A stretch of 64,000 nucleotides of DNA from IMG/VR virus record IMGVR_UViG_3300026290_000001. One strand, written 5' to 3'. The notes below the pieces were generated by a model, which ran no database searches, was not told where the DNA came from, and saw only the letters and a program-made list of their open reading frames with translations. Every line of letters starts with the position of its first letter. Within the stretch, counting starts at the first letter, position 1. This document shows positions 39,522-49,400 of this stretch, piece by piece. Both the position numbers and the translations under genes were made by a program. The stretch is from a virus.

Positions 39522-39692
39522 ATGGCGATTAAATTAGAATGTGATAAAATCATTCCAAAGTGTAGTGATTGTAAATATAATAAGGATTATTCTTCTTGGC
39601 AACATAAAATTCCTTGTGGAAAACAATTCTGTGTATATGGTTGTAATGTATGTAAAAATCCATGTGATGCAAAGGAGAATATGTCTTGGTAA
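39522..39692 (+). CDS. small Cys-rich protein (56 aa), not in track
   Basis: Twelve Cys in 56 aa; ATG after ACGGAGGT SD. Confidence 0.35.
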   Translation: MAIKLECDKIIPKCSDCKYNKDYSSWQHKIPCGKQFCVYGCNVCKNPCDAKENMSW

Positions 39693-39720
39693 AAATTAAT
39701 ATTAATAAAGGAGTTATAGT

Positions 39721-40461
39721 TTGTATAAATCGCCTCTTAGATATCCAGGAGGTAAAAGCAGGGCGATAAAAATAATTATCGAGTATTTTCCGAAAAGTAT
39801 AAAAGTTATGAGTTCTCATTTTGTAGGAGGAGGATCAATTGAACTTTATTTATCTGAAAATAATAAAATAATTGCGTATGATAATTTCGATCTGCTTATT
39901 AACTTTTGGAATCAATTAAAATATAAAAATAAAAATTTACATAATACAATATTAAAATATTACCCGTTAACAAAAGAACAATTTTTAGATATACAAAAAA
40001 ATATTTATAATTCAGATGATGAAGTTGAAATGGCCGCTAAATTTTATGTTTTAAATAGATGTAGTTTTTCAGGTAGTACATTAAGCGGTGGAATGTCACT
40101 AAATCATCCAAGATTTAATATTAATTTAATACATAAACTTCAGGAAGTAAATTTAAAAAATATTGAGTTTATTTGTATGGATTTCAAAGAATCAATATTA
40201 TTACATCAAAATAATTTTAAGTATTTAGACCCACCCTATTATATTGAAAATAATTTATATGGAGTAAAAGGAGGGTTACATAAAAATTTCGATCATATTG
40301 GTTTGAATGGTATTTTAAAACAATCATCTAATTGGGTATTAAGTTACAATGATTGTGAATACATAAGAAAACTTTATGAAGGATGCAAAATAATACAAGT
40401 TGATTGGAAATACGGAATGAGTAAAGATAAAAAATCTAATGAAATTCTTATAATAAATTAG
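39721..40461 (+). CDS. Dam-like N6-adenine DNA methyltransferase (alpha-class, D12 family)
   Basis: PLRYPGGK near N-terminus and YLDPPYY later, the D12/Dam arrangement; TTG start. Confidence 0.75.
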   Translation: MYKSPLRYPGGKSRAIKIIIEYFPKSIKVMSSHFVGGGSIELYLSENNKIIAYDNFDLLINFWNQLKYKNKNLHNTILKYYPLTKEQFLDIQKNIYNSDDEVEMAAKFYVLNRCSFSGSTLSGGMSLNHPRFNINLIHKLQEVNLKNIEFICMDFKESILLHQNNFKYLDPPYYIENNLYGVKGGLHKNFDHIGLNGILKQSSNWVLSYNDCEYIRKLYEGCKIIQVDWKYGMSKDKKSNEILIIN

Positions 40462-40519
40462 TAATATAAAAACAATATAAATATTTGGTTTGGTCATGAA
40501 ATATGAAAGGAGATTATAT

Positions 40520-41323
40520 TTGATAGAATTAAATAATTTTTACATAGGCGAGTCTGTTAATTTTATGCGTTACAATATTCCAGACAACTACATTGATTTA
40601 ACTATTACTTCACCACCTTATGATGATTTAAGAAAATATAATGGATTTATATTTGATTATCAAAGTATGTTTAAGGAATTATATAGAGTTACTAAAGACG
40701 GTGGAATTGTAGTTTGGGTAGTAGGAGATAAAACTGAAAATGGTAGTGAAACATTAACAAGTTTTAAACATGCTTTATATGCTAAAGAAATCGGTTTTAA
40801 TGTTCACGATACACAAATTTATTATAAGAATAATCCTATACCAACAACAGGCAATAGATATCATCAACACTTTGAATATATGTTCGTATTTAGCAAGAAT
40901 AAACCAAGGGTATTTAATCCAATCAAGGAAGATTGTAAATATAGTGGTTTGGCTAATATGAAAAATAGAGGCAAGGATGGTTCATTAAATTATACTAAAA
41001 TTGAAAGAACTAAAGATAAAAAGGTAGGTAATGTTTTCTTTTATTCTATTGGAGGGGGTATTACTACTAAAGATAAAATTGCTTATAGTCATCCTGCGTT
41101 GTTTCCAGATAAATTAGCCGAAGATCAAATAATAACTTGGAGCAATAAAGAAGATATTATTTTTGACCCAATGTGCGGTAGTGGTACTACTTGTAAAATG
41201 GCATGGTTAAATAAAAGAAATTTTATTGGAATTGATATAAGTGAAGAATATATAAATGATATTTGTATACCTAGACTAAATATATATGGTTGGCAACAAA
41301 AGCAAAATATAAAAATATCATAA
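40520..41323 (+). CDS. DNA methyltransferase, beta-class, SPPY type (paralog group)
   Basis: TSPPYDD and DPMCGSGTT; track ORF 40490 trimmed to TTG after AAAGGAGA SD. Confidence 0.7.
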   Translation: MIELNNFYIGESVNFMRYNIPDNYIDLTITSPPYDDLRKYNGFIFDYQSMFKELYRVTKDGGIVVWVVGDKTENGSETLTSFKHALYAKEIGFNVHDTQIYYKNNPIPTTGNRYHQHFEYMFVFSKNKPRVFNPIKEDCKYSGLANMKNRGKDGSLNYTKIERTKDKKVGNVFFYSIGGGITTKDKIAYSHPALFPDKLAEDQIITWSNKEDIIFDPMCGSGTTCKMAWLNKRNFIGIDISEEYINDICIPRLNIYGWQQKQNIKIS

Positions 41324-41428
41324 AATAAAAATCCCAATTTCTAGGGATTTACAAAACTCAAAAACATGATCAAAACTTCGTTTTGTTACATCAATAAAAC
41401 AATAAAATAAATTAAGGAGGGAAATAAA

Positions 41429-41884
41429 ATAGCGGATTTTGATAACAATAGATTTGCTTCAAAAAATCAAGAGTACGCAACACCTTGGGAATTATTTAAT
41501 AAGATAAATGAAGAATTTAATTTTACCTTAGATGTGTGTGCAGATGAAAATAATCATAAAGTTGATACATATTTTACGGAAGAACAAAATGCTCTTATCC
41601 AAAATTGGAAAGGAGTATGTTGGATGAATCCACCTTATAAGGATATGAAAAAATGGGTTATAAAAGCATACGAAGAATCAGTTAAAAATGATAGTATTGT
41701 GGTTTGTTTAATTCCAGCAAGAACTAATACCAAATGGTGGCATGAGTATTGCATGAAAGGTGAAATAAGATTTATTAAAGGTAGACCAAAATTTGAAGGA
41801 TGTATTCATGGTTTACCACAACCATTAGCAATTGTTGTTTTTGGAAAAGAATATAAAAATACATATGGTTCATTAGCAATTTAG
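41429..41884 (+). CDS. phage-type Dam N6-adenine methyltransferase (PF05869-like), probable ATA start
   Basis: YATPWELF ... FTLDVCADENNHK ... WKGVCWMNPPYKD; conserved region begins at ATA 7 nt after AAGGAGGG; track starts at internal GTG 41534. Confidence 0.6.
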   Translation: MADFDNNRFASKNQEYATPWELFNKINEEFNFTLDVCADENNHKVDTYFTEEQNALIQNWKGVCWMNPPYKDMKKWVIKAYEESVKNDSIVVCLIPARTNTKWWHEYCMKGEIRFIKGRPKFEGCIHGLPQPLAIVVFGKEYKNTYGSLAI

Positions 41885-42014
41885 TAAAAATATCAAGCAA
41901 ACAATGATATATAGGCATTTTCAACTTATCACAAATGCCTATATATTGGGCTTTTACAAAAATCATTACCAAAATATCATTTTATATTAATTAGAAAGGA
42001 GAAACAAAATATAA

Positions 42015-42584
42015 TTGAGTAAAAAATATAACATTATATATGCTGACCCACCTTGGAAACCTACTGAGAGTGGTACAGGAGTTAGAGGTACGGCAGATTT
42101 AAAAAAACGATATCAAGGTGTAATGAGTATAGAAGAAATATGTGCTTTACCAGTAAAAGATATATGTGAAGATACATGCATACTGTTTTTATGGGTTACA
42201 TTTCCAAGATTACAAGAAGGAATGAAAACTATTGAAGCGTGGGGATTTCAATATTATGGGTTGGGATTTGATTGGATTAAAACTAATCTTAAAAGTGGAA
42301 CTCCATTTTGGGGAATGGGTTATTATACTAGACAAAATTCAGAAATATGCTTAATAGGAGTAAAAAAGGATAAAAATAAAAGAATTAAACCACAAGTTAA
42401 AAATATTTTATCTGTAGTTCATTCACCAAGAAGAGAACATAGTCAAAAACCTGATGAAATAAGAGATTACATAGTTAAAATTTGTGGTGATTTACCTAGA
42501 ATAGAATTATTTGCTAGACAAAAAGTTGAAGGTTGGGACGCATGGGGCAATGAAATTGAAAATGATATTATATTAAATACATAA
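42015..42584 (+). CDS. MT-A70-family N6-adenine methyltransferase
   Basis: IIYADPPW (DPPW motif) with downstream FLWV and QKP; TTG start. Confidence 0.7.
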   Translation: MSKKYNIIYADPPWKPTESGTGVRGTADLKKRYQGVMSIEEICALPVKDICEDTCILFLWVTFPRLQEGMKTIEAWGFQYYGLGFDWIKTNLKSGTPFWGMGYYTRQNSEICLIGVKKDKNKRIKPQVKNILSVVHSPRREHSQKPDEIRDYIVKICGDLPRIELFARQKVEGWDAWGNEIENDIILNT

Positions 42585-42667
42585 AATAAAAATTATCATA
42601 AAAGTCTGAATTGGTTTAGAGTTAATAAAAATGAAAAATAAAAATAGGGAGGTATCTAATACATAAA

Positions 42668-43438
42668 TTGATTGAATTGAATACTATTTATAATGAAGAT
42701 TGTATTAACTTTATGAAGAAACTACCTAATGAATCTATTGATTTAATAATTGCCGATCCACCTTATTTTGAAATATGCGGAGAGTTTGATTTTATATGGA
42801 AATCATTAGATGACTATTTAAATTGGTCTAAAGAATGGATTTTACAATGTTATAATATTTTAAAACCATCAGGCAGTATTTATATATGGGGTAAAATTGG
42901 ATTTGGTAAGGGGTATTCTTTATTTAAAATTGCAGATTGGATAGAGAATGAAAAACTGTTTATTATAAAAAATTGGATTACTCAACGTAATACAAGAGGG
43001 AGAGGAACAAAGAAAGGGTATATAGAGGCAAGAGAAGAACTTCTGTTTTGCGTAAAGTCTAATCAATGTACTTGGAATATTGCTTATACCGAAGAAAAAT
43101 CTAATAGAAAAGATTTAGGATTTGATGGCAAACCTAGAAAAAATGAGTTTAAAAGATGCTCTGATGTATGGATTGATATAGCTGAAGCAAGTCAATCAAG
43201 TAATGAAAGATTTAAAACATTTAATGGTAAAACTTTTCCAACAGTTAAAGCACAAAAATTATGTAATAGAATTATTTTGGCAAGTTCTAATGAAAATGAT
43301 TTAGTTTATATTCCCTTTGCTGGTTCTGGAAGTGAAATTGAATCTTGTATAAAAAATAAAAGAAATTGGATTGCGACAGAAATTAATAATCAATACATAA
43401 ATGAAATCATTGAACCTAGAATTAAACGTATAATATAA
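42668..43438 (+). CDS. DNA methyltransferase, beta-class (DPPY)
   Basis: IIADPPYFE and C-terminal IPFAGSGSE; TTG start with conserved 5' end. Confidence 0.7.
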   Translation: MIELNTIYNEDCINFMKKLPNESIDLIIADPPYFEICGEFDFIWKSLDDYLNWSKEWILQCYNILKPSGSIYIWGKIGFGKGYSLFKIADWIENEKLFIIKNWITQRNTRGRGTKKGYIEAREELLFCVKSNQCTWNIAYTEEKSNRKDLGFDGKPRKNEFKRCSDVWIDIAEASQSSNERFKTFNGKTFPTVKAQKLCNRIILASSNENDLVYIPFAGSGSEIESCIKNKRNWIATEINNQYINEIIEPRIKRII

Positions 43439-43665
43439 AAAATAAAAATCATGATAAAATAAGTGTTTTATCATAATATTGCAGAAATCAGTATTTTGGT
43501 AGGTTATCAACAAATACACACAACAAAGCCCTAAATGGTGGGAATGAAAAGGTATTTTAAGTGGATTAACTCTACCAAAGTAAAAAATATTTGAACCAAA
43601 TGCGTCTTTTATTCAAAGTTTATTAAAAACATAAAATAAATATAAAGAAAAGAGGATTATATATA

Positions 43666-44370
43666 TTGAAACATATTTTAAGTTTTAGTGGCGGCAAAGA
43701 TTCAACCGCAATGTTACTCATAATGTTAGAGAGAGAATATCCAATAGATGAAATTATATTTTGCGATACTGGTAAAGAATTTCCTGCTTTATATAGACAT
43801 ATTGATAAAGTTGAAGAATACATAAACCAACCTATAACTAGGCTTAAAGGAGAAAAAACTTTTGATTATTGGATGTTCGAACATGAAAAAACCAAAGGTA
43901 AACATTTAGGTAAAAAGGGTTATGGTTGGGCAGACACCAGAGCAAGATGGTGTACAGCATATTTTAAGCGTGAAATTATGAATAAATACATAAAAGAAAA
44001 ATATAATAATGAATATAAAGAGTATGTAGGTATTGCTTATGATGAGTTTAAAAGATATGAGAAAACACAAAATGGTCATAAAAAATATCCTTTAATTGAA
44101 TGGAAAATAACTGAAGGTATGGCTCTAAAATATTGCTATGATAAAGGATTTGATTGGGAAGGAGTATACACACATTTTGAACGGGTATCTTGCTGGTGCT
44201 GCCCTTTAAAAAATCAGAGAGAATTATATATGCTTTATTCTTTCTATCCTGAATTATGGGCAGAACTCAAAGATATGGATAGTAGAGCATGGAACCAGTT
44301 TAAAAGAGATTACAGTGTTCAGGATTTAGAAGATAAATTTAGGGGATGGCAAGACATAATAAAAATATAA
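43666..44370 (+). CDS. PAPS-reductase-family PP-loop ATPase-like protein
   Basis: ILSFSGGKDSTAML PP-loop near N-terminus and C-terminal CWCCP cysteine cluster. Confidence 0.6.
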   Translation: MKHILSFSGGKDSTAMLLIMLEREYPIDEIIFCDTGKEFPALYRHIDKVEEYINQPITRLKGEKTFDYWMFEHEKTKGKHLGKKGYGWADTRARWCTAYFKREIMNKYIKEKYNNEYKEYVGIAYDEFKRYEKTQNGHKKYPLIEWKITEGMALKYCYDKGFDWEGVYTHFERVSCWCCPLKNQRELYMLYSFYPELWAELKDMDSRAWNQFKRDYSVQDLEDKFRGWQDIIKI

Positions 44371-44434
44371 ATATTTACTTTCTTTATAGTATGGTGTATA
44401 ATAAATATATCATATCTATATAGGAGGTTAAATT

Positions 44435-44644
44435 ATGAAAACATATAAAACTGAATCAGGAGAAGAATGGTTATATTTTGATGAATGGTTAGTAGAAAAC
44501 AGTTATTATAAATGGAAAAAACAATATGATATTTTAGCAAGTACGGGGACAGATGAAGAAGAAATAGATAGGATTAAAGACGATTTATTAAAACAATTCT
44601 ATGATTTTTGTGAAGAATATGGGTATGTTGGTCAGGAAGTATAA
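44435..44644 (+). CDS. hypothetical protein
   Basis: Track ORF with TAGGAGGT SD. Confidence 0.45.
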   Translation: MKTYKTESGEEWLYFDEWLVENSYYKWKKQYDILASTGTDEEEIDRIKDDLLKQFYDFCEEYGYVGQEV

Positions 44645-44764
44645 TTTATAATTTTTGTGTTTTACGAACCCCTAAATAATGGGGTTTGTGAAACCAAAAA
44701 TCATGATAAAACTCATCTTTTGTGTTGATATTAAAATTTAAATATAAGGAGGTAATATTATTAA

Positions 44765-45517
44765 TTGTTTGAATTAAATAAAATATATTGTGTTGATTGT
44801 TTAGAAGGGATTAAAAATATAGAAAGTGGCAGTATTGATATGGTATTTTTTGATCCTCCTTTCAATTTAAACAAAGATTATGGAATTAAAATTAATGATA
44901 ATTTAATAAAAGAAAAATATTTAAACTGGCAGTATGAAATATTAAAAGAATCTATTAGAGTGCTATGTGATAATGGGGCAATAATTTATCATACTATCCC
45001 AAAATGGGCATTTAAAATAGCTAATTATCTTGATGAACAAGGAATGGTTTTTCAAAATTGGATTTGTTGGAATGAATCAGGATCAACACCTACCCCTTCA
45101 AGATTATATCCTAAACATTATCCTATTCTTTGGTTTTCTAAGAATAAACTCAAAACTTTTAATAAACAATATATTCCCATAGAAAGATGCAGAAAGTGCA
45201 ATACTACTATAAAAGATTATGGTGGCAAATTTAAAGATTTAAAAGAAATAGATGGTGAAAAAGTAACTGTTTTAAGTGATGTATGGGACGATATACATAG
45301 AATAAGACATAATAAAAATAAAAATAGAAAATCAAATGAACTTCCCGAAATTTTAATGGAAAGAATAATTAACTTATATTCTAAAGAAAATGATATAATT
45401 TTAGACCCATTTTCAGGTAGTGGGACAACATGTAAAATAGCAAAGAAACTAAATAGACAATATATTGGATTTGAAATTAATCCTGAATACATAAAAATCT
45501 CAAAAGAACGTATTTAA
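44765..45517 (+). CDS. DNA methyltransferase, beta-class (DPPF)
   Basis: VFFDPPFN and DPFSGSGTT; TTG start. Confidence 0.7.
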   Translation: MFELNKIYCVDCLEGIKNIESGSIDMVFFDPPFNLNKDYGIKINDNLIKEKYLNWQYEILKESIRVLCDNGAIIYHTIPKWAFKIANYLDEQGMVFQNWICWNESGSTPTPSRLYPKHYPILWFSKNKLKTFNKQYIPIERCRKCNTTIKDYGGKFKDLKEIDGEKVTVLSDVWDDIHRIRHNKNKNRKSNELPEILMERIINLYSKENDIILDPFSGSGTTCKIAKKLNRQYIGFEINPEYIKISKERI

Positions 45518-45544
45518 AACAACAAAATAATATTATTGACGTTG

Positions 45545-45573
45545 TTGACTTTGTTTGTGAAAATTGATATAAT
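45545..45573 (+). promoter_or_regulatory. sigma-A-type promoter (TTGACT-17-TGaTATAAT)
   Basis: Direct reading, extended -10. Confidence 0.5.
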
Positions 45574-45598
45574 TAATAAAAATGTAGGAGGTATATTT

Positions 45599-45859
45599 AT
45601 GGCAGTACGCAGACAAAGGGCAACAACTAGTGCAGAAATAATGGATAAAGATATTAAAATAGTAATTAAAAAATCAAAAGTTCGCTATAGAAGTGTAGAA
45701 TCAAAATCTCATGGTTTTGTTAATGAATTTTGGATTGAAAAAATTGATGATTTATTTTTTTCAGGAGGTAAAATAAGTGAAGAAAGAATTTATCAACATT
45801 GGAAATTCAACTTTGATAAAAATAAGTGGGAGTGTATAGAAGACAAATCTAAAAATTAA
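45599..45859 (+). CDS. hypothetical protein
   Basis: Track ORF 45536 trimmed to ATG after TAGGAGGT SD. Confidence 0.4.
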   Translation: MAVRRQRATTSAEIMDKDIKIVIKKSKVRYRSVESKSHGFVNEFWIEKIDDLFFSGGKISEERIYQHWKFNFDKNKWECIEDKSKN

Positions 45860-45972
45860 TTTAATAAGAAAAATACAAATCCCATTATATCGGACTTCAT
45901 TTTTATAAAAATCATGATAAAACTTGTCTTTTGTCATGATATTAAAACAAAAATAAATATGGAGGTTAAAAT

Positions 45973-47394
45973 ATAATTAAATTAAATAAGTTTGCATTAG
46001 TACAATTAACTCCAAAAGATATGCGAAGCCAAGATAGTATAAATTTAGGATTAGAAATTATATCTGAAATAGTTAAAAAACAAGGTTGGCAATTAGATAC
46101 ATATAAATTCGGAGATAAAATTCAAGATGTTAATTCATATGATATTATAGGGTTTAGTTTATTCTATTTTACACAAATGTTAAATTTAGTTCCATTCCTA
46201 AAGAGTAATAATATTAAACCATTAAGTAGTAAAAGAAACAATCAACCACTATTATTAGCTGGCGGTCAAGGTATTCAAAATCCTAAACCAATTAGTAAAT
46301 TTATTGATGTATTTTGTATGGGTGAGGGTGAGGGGGTTTTGGAATATATCTTAGAAAATTATAAAAATAAAAATATTTTATCAAACCATAAGTCTTTGTA
46401 TATACCAAATATAAATGATAATTTTATATTCAACTCAATAAAAGATGTTGATTCTAAACCTATAATTTATGGTAAAAATAGCATGATAGAATTAACGAGG
46501 GGATGTAAAAATAGATGTAAGTTTTGTCAGTATGGATGGACAAATGGTAAATATCGAGAAAAAAACATCGAACTAGTAAAACAACAAATATTAGAGGTTA
46601 AAGATAAAGGCATTAAAAATATTAACTTGTTAAGTTGTAATTTGGGTGGTTATTCTAAGATAAATGAAGTTCTTGATTTTTGTATAGAAGAAAATATTAG
46701 ATTAATGAATACCGATATGAGAATTGACGAATATAGTGAAGAAATAGCTATAAAATTAGACCTACTAAAAGTGAGAACTCTAAAAGTTGGAGTAGAAAGC
46801 TTTTCTGATCAAACACGAATTGGTATTAATAAGAATATTTCAAAAATACAATTAGATACTTTTATTGACAGAGCTTTGAAGCATAATATATCAAATTTAC
46901 ATTTTTATTTAATATACGGACTTCCAAACGAAGAAAACTATAATGAATGGTTTAATTATATGGAATACATAAAAAATAGAATAAAATCTGTTGATAGAAA
47001 TATAAGAATTGAATTTAGTATTACTAATTTTGAACCAGCAATATATACACCCTTTGAAAAAAGTCCTTTAATTAATTTCCAAGACAAGCATAAATTTATG
47101 AGAGAATATTTAATAAAACAAGAAGAATTGGGTTATATAAAACAACCCGCACAAACAAAAGATTATAAAAATAGTCATGGAAGATTAGGCAGAAAAGAAC
47201 GAAGTTATAATATTGGAATGTGGTTACTACATGGGGACGAAACTGTAGGGGATGTGTTATATGAATTAAACATTAAAGGAATAGGTAGGAGTATAAATGA
47301 AAAGATTTATAATCAAATTTATAAAATATGCCAATCAAAAACTGATGTTTATCAAATAAGAAACATTCAAGATTTAAATGAAAATATATGGTGA
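45973..47394 (+). CDS. radical SAM protein with N-terminal B12-binding-like domain, probable ATA start
   Basis: TRGCKNRCKFCQYGW (CxxxCxxC); N-terminal FALVQLTP ... LGLEIISEIVKKQGW fits the cobalamin-binding-domain pattern; track ATG 46021 has no SD, ATA lies 7 nt after GGAGGTT. Confidence 0.55.
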   Translation: MIKLNKFALVQLTPKDMRSQDSINLGLEIISEIVKKQGWQLDTYKFGDKIQDVNSYDIIGFSLFYFTQMLNLVPFLKSNNIKPLSSKRNNQPLLLAGGQGIQNPKPISKFIDVFCMGEGEGVLEYILENYKNKNILSNHKSLYIPNINDNFIFNSIKDVDSKPIIYGKNSMIELTRGCKNRCKFCQYGWTNGKYREKNIELVKQQILEVKDKGIKNINLLSCNLGGYSKINEVLDFCIEENIRLMNTDMRIDEYSEEIAIKLDLLKVRTLKVGVESFSDQTRIGINKNISKIQLDTFIDRALKHNISNLHFYLIYGLPNEENYNEWFNYMEYIKNRIKSVDRNIRIEFSITNFEPAIYTPFEKSPLINFQDKHKFMREYLIKQEELGYIKQPAQTKDYKNSHGRLGRKERSYNIGMWLLHGDETVGDVLYELNIKGIGRSINEKIYNQIYKICQSKTDVYQIRNIQDLNENIW

Positions 47395-47470
47395 TGTCCA
47401 TGCCTATAAATTGGGATTCTCAACACTCAAAAACATGATAAAACTAGTTTTTGGTCATGAAATTAAATGC

Positions 47471-47499
47471 TTGACAAATATTAATTAAAATAGTAATAT
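47471..47499 (+). promoter_or_regulatory. sigma-A-type promoter (TTGACA-17-TAATAT)
   Basis: Direct reading. Confidence 0.5.
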
Positions 47500-47525
47500 A
47501 AAGATACTGCGAAGGGAGGAAGGTT

Positions 47526-49397
47526 ATGAGTGAAATAGAAAATCTCAAACAACAATTAGATTACCATGATGATTTGTATTACAATCAAGACGATCCTGAA
47601 TTATCTGATGTGGAATATGATGCTTTAAAACAAGAATATCTTAATTCAGTTAATCAACAAGAATACAACTATATACCTGGGCAAGCACAATTTAAAAAAT
47701 TCACACACACATTCCCTATTAAATCATTGGGGAAAATAAATACTATTGAACAAGCAAGAAAAGAAATTGAAAGGTTATATCCAGTAGTTATTGAACCTAA
47801 ATATGATGGATTAACCTTAGTGTTATATGGTGAAGGGAAAGTAGTAACTAGAGGTAGTGGTCAAATCGGAGAAGATGTTACTGCAAATGCTTCTAGATTT
47901 ATGCGTACTTATAATCCATATGGTTTACCTATTCGTGGCGAAGCAATTATGCCTATATCAGTGTTCCATGAAATTAACAAACAAAGGGATGTAGAAGGTA
48001 AGGAATTATTTAAAAATCCAAGAAATGCAATAGCAGGTATTCTTAGAAATAAAGATAATAGTAATATCCCTAAAGGGTTAAGATTTATTGCTTATGAAAT
48101 CGTAGGATCAGCAGAATCCCATATTCAACAATTATTAGAACTTAAAAAATACTATGATATACCTGAAGCAGATACTATTTGGAATTATAGTGAAATTGAT
48201 GATGCAGTAAAATTCATAGAAAACTTTGATCGTTCTAAATTAGATTATGAAATTGATGGATTAGTTATTAAATCTAATAAGACAAATGCATTAGATATTT
48301 TTGGTGAAACTGAACATCATCCGAACCATAGTGTTGCCTACAAGTTTCCTTCTCAGGGAGAATGGACTGTATTAAAATCTATAACTTGGCAAACTGGTCG
48401 CACGGGCAGAATTACCCCTGTGGCAGAATTGGAACCAGTAGATATTATGGGAAGTACAATCGAACGTGCTACATTGCATAATATAGGGTATATTAGTGGT
48501 TTAGATTTACAGCTATATGATAAGGTGTTTTTAGTGAAAAGTAATGATATTATTCCCGCTGTGATTAAATGTGAGCATACTAAAAATAGTAAACCTATTG
48601 AAATTATAAACAAGTGTCCTTCATGTGGAAGTGAATTAAAAATTATCAATGATCAATTATTCTGTATTAATGATGATTGTTTGGCAAAATTATTATATAG
48701 AACTTCTCATATGGTTAGTCGAGATGCCCTTAATATAGATGGTCTTAGTGAGCAAACCATTTTAAAAATGATTGAAGCAGGATATATTAATAAACCTTGG
48801 GATATATTTGATGTTACTGAAACAGAAATATTAAAATTAGATGGTTTTGCAAAGAAATCTGCCAAAAAAATATATGAAAATATTCAAAATGCAAGAAATT
48901 GTGATTTTGATAGAGCAATTTACGCTTGTGGAATTGAACTGATAGGCAGAAAGGTTAGTAAAGATATTGCAAAAGAATTTGAGACTATTGATAATTTGTT
49001 ATATTGTTTAAGACGTGATGATGCTAGAAGTATATTAGGTATGATTGATGGTATTGGTAATACCACTATAGATAGTTTATTGAATAACGTTAATATTTTA
49101 GAAAATATGGTGGATTATTTAAGTATTAGTAGTGTTGAAAAGAAAGAAACAACTTTTAAATCTCTTGAAAATATTACATTTGTAGTTACCGGAAATGTAG
49201 AAACATTTAAAAACCGTAAAGAGTTAGAAGAATTGATCACTTCTCTTGGTGGTAAGTTAAGTGGATCAGTTTCAAGTAAAACTAATTATTTAATCAACAA
49301 CGATATTACCTCCAATTCTGGTAAGAATAAAAAGGCAAACGAATTAGGGGTAGAAATTATTAGTGAAATACGATTTAATGAAATGATAGGTAGGTAA
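47526..49397 (+). CDS. ligA: NAD-dependent DNA ligase
   Basis: N-terminal LDYHDDLYYNQDDPELSDVEYDALKQEY, adenylylation motif EPKYDGL, Cys4 zinc finger CPSCGSEL...CINDDC, C-terminal BRCT-like VVTGNVETF. Confidence 0.85.
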   Translation: MSEIENLKQQLDYHDDLYYNQDDPELSDVEYDALKQEYLNSVNQQEYNYIPGQAQFKKFTHTFPIKSLGKINTIEQARKEIERLYPVVIEPKYDGLTLVLYGEGKVVTRGSGQIGEDVTANASRFMRTYNPYGLPIRGEAIMPISVFHEINKQRDVEGKELFKNPRNAIAGILRNKDNSNIPKGLRFIAYEIVGSAESHIQQLLELKKYYDIPEADTIWNYSEIDDAVKFIENFDRSKLDYEIDGLVIKSNKTNALDIFGETEHHPNHSVAYKFPSQGEWTVLKSITWQTGRTGRITPVAELEPVDIMGSTIERATLHNIGYISGLDLQLYDKVFLVKSNDIIPAVIKCEHTKNSKPIEIINKCPSCGSELKIINDQLFCINDDCLAKLLYRTSHMVSRDALNIDGLSEQTILKMIEAGYINKPWDIFDVTETEILKLDGFAKKSAKKIYENIQNARNCDFDRAIYACGIELIGRKVSKDIAKEFETIDNLLYCLRRDDARSILGMIDGIGNTTIDSLLNNVNILENMVDYLSISSVEKKETTFKSLENITFVVTGNVETFKNRKELEELITSLGGKLSGSVSSKTNYLINNDITSNSGKNKKANELGVEIISEIRFNEMIGR

Positions 49398-49400
49398 AAT

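Noticed and set aside
7726-40961. Nested + strand track ORFs in alternative frames (7726-7917, 8914-9135, 24021-24239, 37490-37693, 40770-40961)
   Set aside because: They overlap longer ORFs that carry recognisable motifs or proper SD-start arrangements; no independent SD.
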